Of a DNA stretch of 27,680 nucleotides, positions 1 to 9,614 are shown in pieces (position 1 is the stretch's first letter; every line of letters starts with the position of its first letter). Below the pieces are notes generated by a model that worked only from the letters and a program-made list of their open reading frames with translations, was not told where the DNA came from and made no database searches. A program made the translations under genes and the position numbers. Source of the stretch: Fidelibacterota bacterium (GTDB taxonomy: Bacteria > Fidelibacterota > Marinisomatia > Marinisomatales > TCS55). The stretch is taken from contig JAPNQO010000067.1 of the NCBI GenBank assembly GCA_027251445.1, positions 1 to 27,680 of the forward strand, in the 5' to 3' direction.

Positions 1-2157
1 ATTTCCCCACATAGAACCATCATCAGATCTCAACTTTAAGCCTGCCTCTAGACTGGTAAAAGTTTCATTAATCGGATCTGTAGATATTGTACCATTATTA
101 TCATCAATAACATTATCGAGAATTGGTACTTTTTCAACATTTCCAACATTAAAGAATACCTTAGCTTGATCACCAACTTTACCAACTACAGGAATGGCAC
201 TCAACATAGACATTGCATCCCCTAAGTCATACATTACACCAGCTTTGAACTGCATCGCAGAAATTGGATCAGCTTCAAACTTAGGATCCCCAGCTAGAAA
301 ATGATTTTGGTGAGTATATGTAATGGATGAAAATCCAGCCATACCATAAGCGCTTAACGCATCTTTCGTATAATTACCTTGAGCAAAAAACCCTAGCCAA
401 TCAACAGTATTATGATTCCAATATGCAATAATATCACCTAGCCCAGCTTGATATCCATCTGGACGGTTTTCATCAGAAGTTTCAACAAAATAGTCACCGC
501 CTAATAAGTCACGAACTTCACGAGCATGTTCAATTTCAGCAGTTCTCCAATCAAGCCCTACTTCGACTGTCAATTCATCACTCATATCATAATTAAGCTT
601 AGAAATAAGACCATATGTATCTTGTCTATTAATACTATTTCTTAGTATAGCATCTGATTCACCAAGACCTTTGGCTTCACCTTTTCTTGTTTGATCACTT
701 CGATTCATAGCAATTGTTGCATCTAAATCAAAGATTCGAGAAGGACCAGAATAGTCCCAAATAAATCCATCATTATTTCTATAGGTACCGGAACCACCAC
801 CAGAACCACCAGACCAGTAAAATACGGATGATAGTCTCATTTGGTCATTGATTGTCATAAAATGATTTAAGTTAACAAGCGGTTTATGAAAAAAGTTTTC
901 ACGCTCATTGATAAAGTTTGGATCATGACGTTCTACAGTATTGGCGCCATACATATACCAGTACTGTTTTCCCGTATATGAAGGATCAACTTTTGCCCAA
1001 TTTTGGCTATAAAATCTGCCGCTTTCAGCTCCAGGTTGAAGATCATGAGATCCTGATTCAGCAAAATCATCTAATGCAGCTTGAGCATATCCTAATTCAT
1101 CTTTTGCAAAAGAATGACTATATGCTGCAGCATTTTGCTTCCATAAGTTCTGTCCATGACGTTGTGGTGCGCCAATAGCATACAATTCAAGACGATTATT
1201 TTCGTTTACAGCATAGCTTGCGCCAATATAATATGCCCAAGCATCTGTCCATTGCTTATCAATAACGCCATCACCAGTTTTACGAACTATTGTTCCACTT
1301 ACTGCATACTTATCATTAATCAAACCTGAATTATAGTTAAATGTGGTTTTTAAGAAATTACCAGCACCGAGTTCTTGTTTAAGCATTCCGCCAGCTTCCA
1401 TCGAAGTAGGATCAGTTATTACGTTCATTGTTCCACCAATTGAAGGAGCCGCAAGATTTACAGCACTTAATCCACGTTGCATCTGAATAGAGGAAGTAAC
1501 ATCACCAACTCCATCCCAATTTGACCAATAGACCCATCCATTTTCCATATCGTTTTGTGGAACACCATTAATCATAACAGCAACATTTCGTTGATTAAAT
1601 CCACGAACATTTACACGGGCATCTCCTGCACCACCACCTTGTGCAGTAGCATATACACTTGGCGTAGCATTCAATGCCAATGGAATATCTTGTGATCCAA
1701 GACGAAATTCCATATCAGCTTTACTAACATTTGAAAAAGCTACTGGTGTATTTTCTCCAGCACGTGATGCTAGTACCTCTAAACCGCTCATCTCAAGAAC
1801 AGACATCGCTAGCGAGAAATTAAGTACAGTAGTTCCAGAACCAACTGTTACGGTTTCACTTGAAGCTTTATAGCCCATTACTGAAGCAGTAACAGTATAA
1901 GAGCCAGCTGGCACATTTTCAATTACAAAAGAACCAGATCCATCAGCAGCAGCACCTAGGTCCGTACCTTCTATTGAAACATTAGCAAATGGTAATACAT
2001 CACCAGTGCTAACATCGCTTACAGTTCCTGCAACCGTTCCTGCCTCTCCCCACACAGCTTCTTCAACAGCAGCTTCTTCAACTACTCCATCATCCTGTGC
2101 AAAAATTGCAAGAGGGATTGCTAATATTAATGAGTATAGAAAAAATTGGTTTTTCAT
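1..2157 (-). CDS. TonB-dependent receptor with N-terminal carboxypeptidase-regulatory-like domain (partial, runs off the left edge; absent from ORF track)
   Basis: ATG at 2157 after a GGGAG RBS; frame open to base 1. My translation gives signal peptide MKNQFFLYSLILAIPLAIFAQ, then GTVSDVSTGDVLPFANVSIEGT..GSYTVTASVMGY (CarboxypepD_reg-like), a plug domain (TPSVY..GGGAGDARVNVRGFNQRNVAVMINGVP..IQMQRG..GGTMNVIT), then barrel strands. Confidence 0.93.
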   Translation of the reverse strand, partial: MKNQFFLYSLILAIPLAIFAQDDGVVEEAAVEEAVWGEAGTVAGTVSDVSTGDVLPFANVSIEGTDLGAAADGSGSFVIENVPAGSYTVTASVMGYKASSETVTVGSGTTVLNFSLAMSVLEMSGLEVLASRAGENTPVAFSNVSKADMEFRLGSQDIPLALNATPSVYATAQGGGAGDARVNVRGFNQRNVAVMINGVPQNDMENGWVYWSNWDGVGDVTSSIQMQRGLSAVNLAAPSIGGTMNVITDPTSMEAGGMLKQELGAGNFLKTTFNYNSGLINDKYAVSGTIVRKTGDGVIDKQWTDAWAYYIGASYAVNENNRLELYAIGAPQRHGQNLWKQNAAAYSHSFAKDELGYAQAALDDFAESGSHDLQPGAESGRFYSQNWAKVDPSYTGKQYWYMYGANTVERHDPNFINERENFFHKPLVNLNHFMTINDQMRLSSVFYWSGGSGGGSGTYRNNDGFIWDYSGPSRIFDLDATIAMNRSDQTRKGEAKGLGESDAILRNSINRQDTYGLISKLNYDMSDELTVEVGLDWRTAEIEHAREVRDLLGGDYFVETSDENRPDGYQAGLGDIIAYWNHNTVDWLGFFAQGNYTKDALSAYGMAGFSSITYTHQNHFLAGDPKFEADPISAMQFKAGVMYDLGDAMSMLSAIPVVGKVGDQAKVFFNVGNVEKVPILDNVIDDNNGTISTDPINETFTSLEAGLKLRSDDGSMWGN

Positions 2158-2294
2158 TTATTACTCCCTTATGTGTTTATTTTTTGATTAAATGTAATTT
2201 TATATATGATATTCAATTTGTAAAAATAGTTTTACTATACCGGAAGTTCATAAAATCTTTCATATTTCGCAAACATTTAAGACAAATTTTTACA

Positions 2295-2310
2295 TTAACA
2301 TTTTGTTAAC
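2295..2310. promoter_or_regulatory. Candidate transcription-factor site upstream of the TonB-dependent receptor
   Basis: TTAACA-TTT-TGTTAA palindrome that is also a TTAAC direct repeat at 11-bp period (2295, 2306), about 140 nt upstream of the receptor start; could be chance in AT-rich DNA. Confidence 0.3.
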
Positions 2311-2325
2311 GTTTTTTTGGAAAAA

Positions 2326-2841
2326 TTAGATTTCTTCTCCAAATAGTTTTTCAACATCCACGGATCTATCTTCATTATAAAAAATCCACTTCCCGAAGCG
2401 TTTACCTTCTACATACTCTCCCTCAATTTGTTTCCAGCCATCTTCATACCATTGAACGCTTTTGCCATGACGTACGCCATCCTGAAATTCTTCCTGTTTA
2501 AATTTTTTCCCGCTATCATAGTACCAATTATATACGCCATGTAATTTTCCATCTTTGAATTGACCTTCCGCATACCGCACACCTTTTTTATTCCAATATG
2601 TCCATTTTCCATTCCAAAGGCCATTTTGATAGGTGCCTTCTTTTTGTTTTTGACCATTTTCATACCAATAGGTACGCTTCAAAACAATAATTTTATTTTT
2701 AGATTCTTTTACTACCGTTACAATTTTTGGCATTCCATTTTCATGAATAGATTCCACGTATTCACGAGTTTGCGAATAAAGAGTTCCAACTATAAACATA
2801 ATTAGAAAAATAAATTGTTTCGTTTTCAATAGATTACTCAT
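2326..2841 (-). CDS. Exported MORN-variant repeat protein (YwqK-like)
   Basis: N-terminal hydrophobic signal; repeated WYENGQK..EG.Y.NG...G.W units. Confidence 0.85.
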   Translation of the reverse strand: MSNLLKTKQFIFLIMFIVGTLYSQTREYVESIHENGMPKIVTVVKESKNKIIVLKRTYWYENGQKQKEGTYQNGLWNGKWTYWNKKGVRYAEGQFKDGKLHGVYNWYYDSGKKFKQEEFQDGVRHGKSVQWYEDGWKQIEGEYVEGKRFGKWIFYNEDRSVDVEKLFGEEI

Positions 2842-2956
2842 TAGGTGGTTAATTTACATGAAAAATCAATACTTGTCCAAAGATCACACTTAATTACTTT
2901 TTAATGTAGATTAACATAATAAATAAGATATTTTTCAAAATGTTAAAAATATTATC

Positions 2957-3982
2957 ATGAAACAAATTAAGGGTATAACAAATGTAAAGTCATTACGAAA
3001 TGGCTCTGGAAGCATTAAAGGTATAGGGAAAGAAATTGGAAAGTTTATTATTACTACCATGGAAGTGCCATGGCAGATCGTAAAAAATGATATTGGTGGA
3101 CAGCCTGAAGATATAATTTTTATTGATGATGTTGACCAAAATGTACTTGATGATATTCTATTAAACATTCCTGTAATAGATAGTGTTGTTGGCATTGGAG
3201 GAGGAATGGCTATAGATGCTGCAAAATATTTTTCCTGGAAAAAACAATTACGTTTAATATCTATTCCGACTATTGTAAGTGTAGATGCGTTTTTAACGCC
3301 TGCCGCAGGTGTTAGAGTTAATAATAGAGTAAAATATGTTGGAAATAGTTCACCGGATCCACTAATTATTGATTACAGTATAATTAGAACAGCCCCAAAA
3401 ACATTAAATATAGCTGGGGTAGGTGATTTACTATCTATTCATACAGCGAGCTTCGATTGGGAACACGCAGAAAATAATGGCCTTTCAGAATTTCCATTTA
3501 CTCAAGATTCAGTTATTGCAGGTCAAAAGATAATTGATGGTCTTTATAATAGCATTGGTGAAATAAAAAAAGTAACTAATCGCGGAATTGATGCAATAGT
3601 AGAAGGATATATGTATTTAAACACTATTTGCTTACCGGCCGGACATTTTCGTATTGAAGAAGGATCAGAGCATTATTTATTTTATGAGCTAGAAGAAAGA
3701 TTACAGCGACCTTTTATTCATGGACATATTGTTGGCCTAGGAATTTTTTGTATGAGTCAATTACAAAAAAATAACTCAGAATATATCATTGAATTCATGG
3801 ATAGCGTATGTTTGGATTATCATCCCAAAAGTATGAATATTAATAAAGATGATTTAACTGCTTCATTATTAAACTTAAAAAACTATGTGGACACTAATTC
3901 TCATTTATGGTATACGATAATTAATTCAAGCGATATAAATGAAGAATGGATTAAGGATATAACTAATAATTTAAATTTCTAA
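2957..3982 (+). CDS. Glycerol-1-phosphate dehydrogenase-like enzyme (EgsA/AraM branch of the DHQ-synthase/Fe-ADH superfamily)
   Basis: GIGGGMAIDAAKY (NAD(P) binding), PTIVSVDA, AGVGDLLS, GSEH and HGHIVGLG give the D/H/H metal-ligand pattern of G1PDH. Confidence 0.75.
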   Translation: MKQIKGITNVKSLRNGSGSIKGIGKEIGKFIITTMEVPWQIVKNDIGGQPEDIIFIDDVDQNVLDDILLNIPVIDSVVGIGGGMAIDAAKYFSWKKQLRLISIPTIVSVDAFLTPAAGVRVNNRVKYVGNSSPDPLIIDYSIIRTAPKTLNIAGVGDLLSIHTASFDWEHAENNGLSEFPFTQDSVIAGQKIIDGLYNSIGEIKKVTNRGIDAIVEGYMYLNTICLPAGHFRIEEGSEHYLFYELEERLQRPFIHGHIVGLGIFCMSQLQKNNSEYIIEFMDSVCLDYHPKSMNINKDDLTASLLNLKNYVDTNSHLWYTIINSSDINEEWIKDITNNLNF

Positions 3983-3990
3983 TATTTTTA

Positions 3991-4806
3991 TCAATTGCGT
4001 TTAATCTGGCATTTTGGACAAAAATGAGTTCCGCGTCCAGCTATTTTTTTCTTTTTTATAGTTTGTGAGCATCTTGGACAGGGTCTCCCTTCTTTACCAA
4101 ATATATTTAATTGGTCAGAGTACTTACCAGATTGGCCATTAAGAAATGTAAAATTAACAACGGTTGTCCCATGTGCATTTATGGATGATTGTAAAGTAGA
4201 TTTGATTTCTTTGCATAGTATTAAAATGTTTTTAAAAGGTATTTTATTTGAAACAGTTTGTGGATGAATATTACTTTTCCAAAGGCACTCATCAACGTAT
4301 ATATTCCCCAATCCTGCAATAATATTTTGATCCAACAACAATGCTTTAATCATCCTTTTTTTATTATGTAAAATATTTTTTAGCCAAATATCATTGAATT
4401 CATTGCTAAGAGGTTCTATTCCAAGCTTGTTATTTAGATAGTCTTGTGAATTATAATAATAAAATCTTCCAAACTTTCTTGTGTCTTCGAAAATAAAATA
4501 ACCACCATTATTCATTGTAATGATTGCAGAGATATGTTTTTTTTGTGATAAATTATTTTGAAAGTATAGCTTCCCAGTCATACGCAAATGAATGGCAAGA
4601 ATATCATCATCAAATCCAATGATAATAAATTTTGCTCTTCGATCAACACGTTGAATTTTTCTATTAATTAATGTATTTAAAAAATCTTCTTTAGAAAAAT
4701 TAAATAATACTTTCGGCCATCGTATTTCAATATTTTCAAATTCATTTCCAATAAGCTTATCTCGAATAGATTGGACTACTGTTTCAACTTCTGGAAGTTC
4801 AGGCAT
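3991..4806 (-). CDS. mutM: Formamidopyrimidine-DNA glycosylase
   Basis: MPELPEVE start, HLRMTG, GLGNIYVDE (H2TH), C-terminal CPRC...CPKCQ zinc finger. Confidence 0.98.
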   Translation of the reverse strand: MPELPEVETVVQSIRDKLIGNEFENIEIRWPKVLFNFSKEDFLNTLINRKIQRVDRRAKFIIIGFDDDILAIHLRMTGKLYFQNNLSQKKHISAIITMNNGGYFIFEDTRKFGRFYYYNSQDYLNNKLGIEPLSNEFNDIWLKNILHNKKRMIKALLLDQNIIAGLGNIYVDECLWKSNIHPQTVSNKIPFKNILILCKEIKSTLQSSINAHGTTVVNFTFLNGQSGKYSDQLNIFGKEGRPCPRCSQTIKKKKIAGRGTHFCPKCQIKRN

Positions 4807-4809
4807 GCT

Positions 4810-6957
4810 TTAATTAAACCAATATGATATTTTTGCAACCAAAGCTTTATCTTTAACTTCAAAATTATCAGGGTATGAATTATTCGTATATACAATAAAT
4901 AAATCTGAAACTGGTGCAAATCGCCATTGAAAACGTAGGTTAACATTAATATTGTCCGATTGATCATTGTATTGAATAAAGGTAGTAAAAAATAATTTAT
5001 TGGTAAAAGTTAGATCTAGCCTAGGGCCAAATAATATAAAATTCATATCTTTAAACGGATCTGGGAGATCAATTTTATCATACGTTGTATTAATAGATAA
5101 ATTCATATATGGTTGAAACCTGTAATTAACTGTTCCGTTAATAGAAAGTTTTTTCCCATTATAATAACCACCATATCGAATATTGGAACTGAAGTTTAGA
5201 GCTTTCCTTCCATCAGACACATAATTCATAGAAAATTCATTCCAATTATATTCATTTCCGGCAGATAGCGTATCTCCTCCTGAATTAGTAGGATCAAAAG
5301 GGGTTAATAGTTTGACATAGCCATTTTCTATATCAAATGAAAATTTACTTCGATCACGATAATTAATATTGTATTTAAGCTCAAACTCTCTATCAGTTAA
5401 TACAAAATCTTCGTCTAGAAATGTATCAAATTTAAATGTAGGGCCATGATTTAAAATCGCACCCTTTTTTGGATAAAACTTATAATCTATTTTTGGAGCA
5501 AATCGATGAAATCCATTTCTTTTGATAAAGCCAACTTCCGCTTTGTATCCAGACCCTACAAAAGAATAAGCCATATCAGCAGATATAACTCCATTATTAT
5601 ATTTTATTGATGTTGTAGTGGCATAGGGATTATTCATTACATTTTCATACAGTGATTGATGGTAAAATGCTTTACCAGTCCATAAGTTATCTGTACTGGC
5701 AAGATTAAAATCAACTCCAATTATTCTATTATAAGAGCTAATTGTTTCATCAGTGATTTTTGAATCTTTATTTACTACAAATGCACTTAAGCTTGAACGG
5801 GAAAACATTTTTCTTTGAACAGTAGCAACAGTAAAATTGTTTGATGGTATATCATTTGCTGAATCAGTTTGTATACTCATCACTCCCAAACGATAATTTG
5901 ATCCAATTTTTCCACTAAATCGCGCACCAGCTTTTACCGGGCTTTGCAAACCAATCCGCCTAGAAAAAAAAGGTCTGGCATTCCTATTACCAAGACTTGC
6001 AAATAAGTCGCTATTTTCTAAAAAGAATTGTCTTTTTTCAGGAAAGAACAATTCAAATCGATCAAGATTTGTTCTTTGTTGATCTACCTCAACCTGAGAG
6101 AAGTCTGGATTAATAGTTAAATCTATATTTAATGATGTTGATAATGTTATTTTTGTATCCAATCCAATATCACTATTTGAGCTAATAGTTTCTCCAGCAT
6201 CAATATTTTTAAATGATTGTTCGGAAAAATATGGAATTAATGAAAATCTAGTTCCTAGCGATGGAGGAGGTGTCTTCCATTTAAGAGTTCCTGTAAAAGC
6301 AAGAGTCGATGATTTAAATTGTCTTGGCACAGGTGCCCAAGAAGATTTTTCATTTTGTAATAATGAAAATCGACTAAAGTTGATTCCCCATTCATCAACT
6401 CCCTCTAAATATCGAATACTACGAAATGGGATTGCAAATTCTGCTATCCAATAATCATCATGTTGCTTTACTGCTGAATACCATTTACAATCCCAATCTA
6501 AAGAAACATCCCCACCATCAGCTTGGATGCCATCCCACTGAGCTCCTGCTGCAGATACTCCAAAGGCAAATCCATTTGTTTGATCATTATAGGTATCCAT
6601 AAAAATGATAAAATTATCATTTTTAGGAAAACTAAAATCTCTGCGTAAAGATTCTACTGGGCGTTTCCCAGTTATTTCATCATGACAAATTATTGCAACA
6701 TATAAATTATTATTATCATACGTCAGTTGAACTTCTGTCTTAGCGCTTGCATACCCTGTATCAACTGGAGTTATTCTAAAGAAATCTTTAATAGTCTGAG
6801 ATGTTTTCCAGATTTCTTCATTTTTTTCTCCATCAATGATTATTCTTTCATTAGTAGGTGATATTTCAATTTGAAAATCATTACGATTTACTGGAGTATT
6901 TTGGGCTTTAATAGCTAAATGAAAAATGAAAATTATAACAGATAATCTTTTAAACAT
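4810..6957 (-). CDS. DUF5916-type outer-membrane protein with N-terminal CBM9-like domain
   Basis: Signal peptide; IDG...E..W and W..EFAIPF (CBM9-like); TINPDFSQVEVD..NLDRFELFFPEKRQFFLE..FFSRRIG (DUF5916); beta-rich C-terminus ending KISYWFN. ATG at 6957 preferred over TTG at 6963. Confidence 0.85.
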   Translation of the reverse strand: MFKRLSVIIFIFHLAIKAQNTPVNRNDFQIEISPTNERIIIDGEKNEEIWKTSQTIKDFFRITPVDTGYASAKTEVQLTYDNNNLYVAIICHDEITGKRPVESLRRDFSFPKNDNFIIFMDTYNDQTNGFAFGVSAAGAQWDGIQADGGDVSLDWDCKWYSAVKQHDDYWIAEFAIPFRSIRYLEGVDEWGINFSRFSLLQNEKSSWAPVPRQFKSSTLAFTGTLKWKTPPPSLGTRFSLIPYFSEQSFKNIDAGETISSNSDIGLDTKITLSTSLNIDLTINPDFSQVEVDQQRTNLDRFELFFPEKRQFFLENSDLFASLGNRNARPFFSRRIGLQSPVKAGARFSGKIGSNYRLGVMSIQTDSANDIPSNNFTVATVQRKMFSRSSLSAFVVNKDSKITDETISSYNRIIGVDFNLASTDNLWTGKAFYHQSLYENVMNNPYATTTSIKYNNGVISADMAYSFVGSGYKAEVGFIKRNGFHRFAPKIDYKFYPKKGAILNHGPTFKFDTFLDEDFVLTDREFELKYNINYRDRSKFSFDIENGYVKLLTPFDPTNSGGDTLSAGNEYNWNEFSMNYVSDGRKALNFSSNIRYGGYYNGKKLSINGTVNYRFQPYMNLSINTTYDKIDLPDPFKDMNFILFGPRLDLTFTNKLFFTTFIQYNDQSDNINVNLRFQWRFAPVSDLFIVYTNNSYPDNFEVKDKALVAKISYWFN

Positions 6958-6975
6958 TATCAATCTTTAATTTGA

Positions 6976-8448
6976 TTAAAGCTTTATTTCAAAATCGAAT
7001 TTTTGAGTAATTACCTCTCCAGAACTTTTTACCTGAACCCACAAACCATATTCACCAGTATTCTCAAGCTTCATTGATGGAAAAGATACTTTTCCATTTG
7101 GTGATACATTATTGATAATGTTTTCTTTAGAGTCATTGACAAATCCAAAGAAACAAATATCATCTTGATCCACAATTCCTTGAATATAGTTTTCTTGAAA
7201 TATTTCTTGTGATGCCATGCTAATTGTCCCGATTGGATGAATATGAACAAAAACTGTTTGATCTTTTTTCAATAGTGCAGCGTGTCCTCCCATTTTTATA
7301 TAGGGTTCTAATATAGCTGGTTTACCGTTATTCATAACCTGGAATTCCAAATCAATATCATCACCAGATTTGTAAAATGGTTTTTTATTCTTCCATGTAA
7401 TTCGATTTTCTTTACTATTGATTGCCCACGCATCATCTACATCTCTATCGATATCAAATATAGATTCGGTAAAAGTAATATTATCTTCATTATACTCAAT
7501 TTTATTTGTCATAGTATGTGAAAAACCAGTTGCATGGGTAACATCCATAAATAAGTAATATATACCAAAATCAACAGGAGGCATTTTTACAATAAACTTA
7601 TCGTCATTCTCATATCTTGAAGGGTGTACATGCGCTAAAATATCATAGTTTTCACTAATAAGATAAACATGCATAATTTTCCCATGATCAGGTATGATAT
7701 CAGACATTCTATTTTGTTTCCACAATTCATCTATAATTTCTATTGACATAAATTTTTCATTCCCATTATTAAATATTTCAATTTTGTTTTCTAACGTTTG
7801 AAAGATATTATTTTGATATGCAATATCAATTTTGTCCCACCAATTTTTCCCACCATAGATGATTAAAGATAAAATTATTAGGCTTAAGACTGTTACTATA
7901 TATGAATTAAAAATCTTACTTTTATCAGGGTTTTTGCCAGGCAGTTCTGTGCTATCTTTGTACGCAATTCTTATAATATTAATTGCTCCAAAAAATAGTA
8001 TGAATAAAAGAATTGATAACAATATAGAAGTCCCTTGATTCATACCTATTACCTTTGAAGCAATAGAATTAACAGGAATGGAGGATCGATGAACATTTTG
8101 ATTTTCATATAATCGCACATCCAAACTATATGATCCAAAATCCATTAACCATAACTGGGCGGAAAACATATTTTTTTCACCTTTTATAGGTTCAGCAATA
8201 TCAGCAGGTGGAGATTTACTTTTTCTATCCTTATCCTTTTTATTGGGTTGAATTGTTACTTTATTAATATTATCTGCAAATACTTTAATTGAAACATCAG
8301 CCAAACCAGGAACAACTCCAGGGAGCTTGATAAATACTCGAATCGGGATATCACCAGCCATACCCTCATATACAACATTATTATGACCAATATCAGCATG
8401 TAAAATGCTGAATAAAAAAAACAGGGTAGATAAAAATTTTCGAATCAA
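6976..8448 (-). CDS. Exported, two-TM, His-rich putative metal (Cu)-binding protein
   Basis: Signal peptide ..FLFSILHA|DIGH; soluble domain; 2 TM helices; two tandem beta domains with DHGKIMH..AHVHP and MGGH..VHIHP. TTG at 8448 overlaps the upstream TGA (TTGA); alternative ATG at 8469. Confidence 0.75.
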   Translation of the reverse strand: MIRKFLSTLFFLFSILHADIGHNNVVYEGMAGDIPIRVFIKLPGVVPGLADVSIKVFADNINKVTIQPNKKDKDRKSKSPPADIAEPIKGEKNMFSAQLWLMDFGSYSLDVRLYENQNVHRSSIPVNSIASKVIGMNQGTSILLSILLFILFFGAINIIRIAYKDSTELPGKNPDKSKIFNSYIVTVLSLIILSLIIYGGKNWWDKIDIAYQNNIFQTLENKIEIFNNGNEKFMSIEIIDELWKQNRMSDIIPDHGKIMHVYLISENYDILAHVHPSRYENDDKFIVKMPPVDFGIYYLFMDVTHATGFSHTMTNKIEYNEDNITFTESIFDIDRDVDDAWAINSKENRITWKNKKPFYKSGDDIDLEFQVMNNGKPAILEPYIKMGGHAALLKKDQTVFVHIHPIGTISMASQEIFQENYIQGIVDQDDICFFGFVNDSKENIINNVSPNGKVSFPSMKLENTGEYGLWVQVKSSGEVITQKFDFEIKL

Positions 8449-9614
8449 CGTTTTACTTTTTTTATCCATCCACCAAAAAATGAACCCAAATAAGAAAACA
8501 TAATTGTGAATATTATTAAAAACCCAAAATTATGGACGGTTACTTTTTCCATCTCAGCTTTCTGTCCATATGGAGTAAAGTCGAGAAACCAAAATTTATA
8601 ATTATTTTCATTTACCCTAACCCAATAAGGGAAAGTATTATCCCCTGCGAAAAACCAGTTTCTAGCATATTCTGATAAAAGAAATTCAGCAAAATGCCAT
8701 TGAACTAAAAAAAAGATAATGCAAAAGGAGCTCCCCATCATAACAGCATTAATTATCCTATTTGGTTGGCGAAATTTATTGTGTATTAAATCAATAGCTA
8801 ATGCAGGTGCAACCAACAAAACTGGGAAATAGGGGGCAACATAATGATCAATATCTCGATATATTGGTCCCAATAATGGTTCAGCTTTAAATAAAGGCAA
8901 AACCCAAATAATTATGCAACGATGTAGTATGAAAAGTATCGAAATTATTGTTGCAGAGTATTTGTGTTCCCCTACGACACGAAATGCAATAATAAGAAAT
9001 GAATATAAAATTAAGGAGTATTTATAGAATTCATATGTGTGTTGTTTATTATGGAAGCTTGATTCAGTAAGTAATATTGCGAATTGTACTATAATTAAAC
9101 TCGCAGCATACATATATAGTAGTTCAAGAAAATGTTTCTGTTTACCCTTAGCAAGATTTTTTTCTGCAATTAGAAGAAATAAACTCCCCATAAGATTAGC
9201 AAAAATTCCCGCAGCAAGAACTAAATGAGGGGGGCTAATTATTTGTACATCTAACCCATATGCATTATGCCACCAATCATCAAATGGGGCAGATGTTAAC
9301 ATTGCAATCGCTCCCCATATGCAAACCCAACAAGCAAAAGGAGCTTTAAATCCCCAAAACACTACATAACGATTATACAGATTTTCATCAACAAAAGTTT
9401 GCCGCAATGCCATATACGCACATGTCAATCCGCATATTATTCCGCCAATATAAACAACTACATGGGGAGGGGATAATAATTTATCCCGGCCTATTGTTTC
9501 ATGCCATGATATATCCCACTCAATTCCAACAATAATTGCAGTAGATGCTAATAAGAAAAGAAAGATATATGATGGAGTATTACCTATAAAATCTGATATA
9601 CTATTTCTCATCAT
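8445..9614 (-). CDS. Polytopic membrane protein with two PmoC/AmoC-like metal-site motifs
   Basis: About 10 hydrophobic segments; EWDISWHETIGRDKLLSPPH and FDDWWHNAYGLDVQIISPPH. Start at ATG 9614 or 9611 (track uses TTG 9620). The CDS is secure; the family call is motif-based. Confidence 0.7.
   Translation of the reverse strand: MMRNSISDFIGNTPSYIFLFLLASTAIIVGIEWDISWHETIGRDKLLSPPHVVVYIGGIICGLTCAYMALRQTFVDENLYNRYVVFWGFKAPFACWVCIWGAIAMLTSAPFDDWWHNAYGLDVQIISPPHLVLAAGIFANLMGSLFLLIAEKNLAKGKQKHFLELLYMYAASLIIVQFAILLTESSFHNKQHTYEFYKYSLILYSFLIIAFRVVGEHKYSATIISILFILHRCIIIWVLPLFKAEPLLGPIYRDIDHYVAPYFPVLLVAPALAIDLIHNKFRQPNRIINAVMMGSSFCIIFFLVQWHFAEFLLSEYARNWFFAGDNTFPYWVRVNENNYKFWFLDFTPYGQKAEMEKVTVHNFGFLIIFTIMFSYLGSFFGGWIKKVKR

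Noticed and set aside
2055..2083. Tandem repeat encoding VEEAAVEEA in the receptor N-terminus
   Set aside because: Two copies of a short in-frame linker repeat; not CRISPR-like or phase-variable.
918..2309. Plus-strand ORFs 918-1178, 2006-2191, 2097-2309
   Set aside because: Antisense shadows of the TonB-dependent receptor gene or its promoter region; no motifs.
2326..2841. YwqK antitoxin implying a toxin-antitoxin system
   Set aside because: A generic MORN-variant repeat protein with a signal peptide; no adjacent toxin.
2909..2936. dif-like site (TTATGTTAA on the minus strand)
   Set aside because: Only a partial XerD arm matches; the XerC arm does not.
6976..9614. Calling these genes pmoC/pmoB or amoC/amoB and inferring methane or ammonia oxidation
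   Set aside because: Similarity is limited to metal-site motifs and topology; there is no recognisable pmoA and lengths differ, so no gene symbols or metabolism are assigned.
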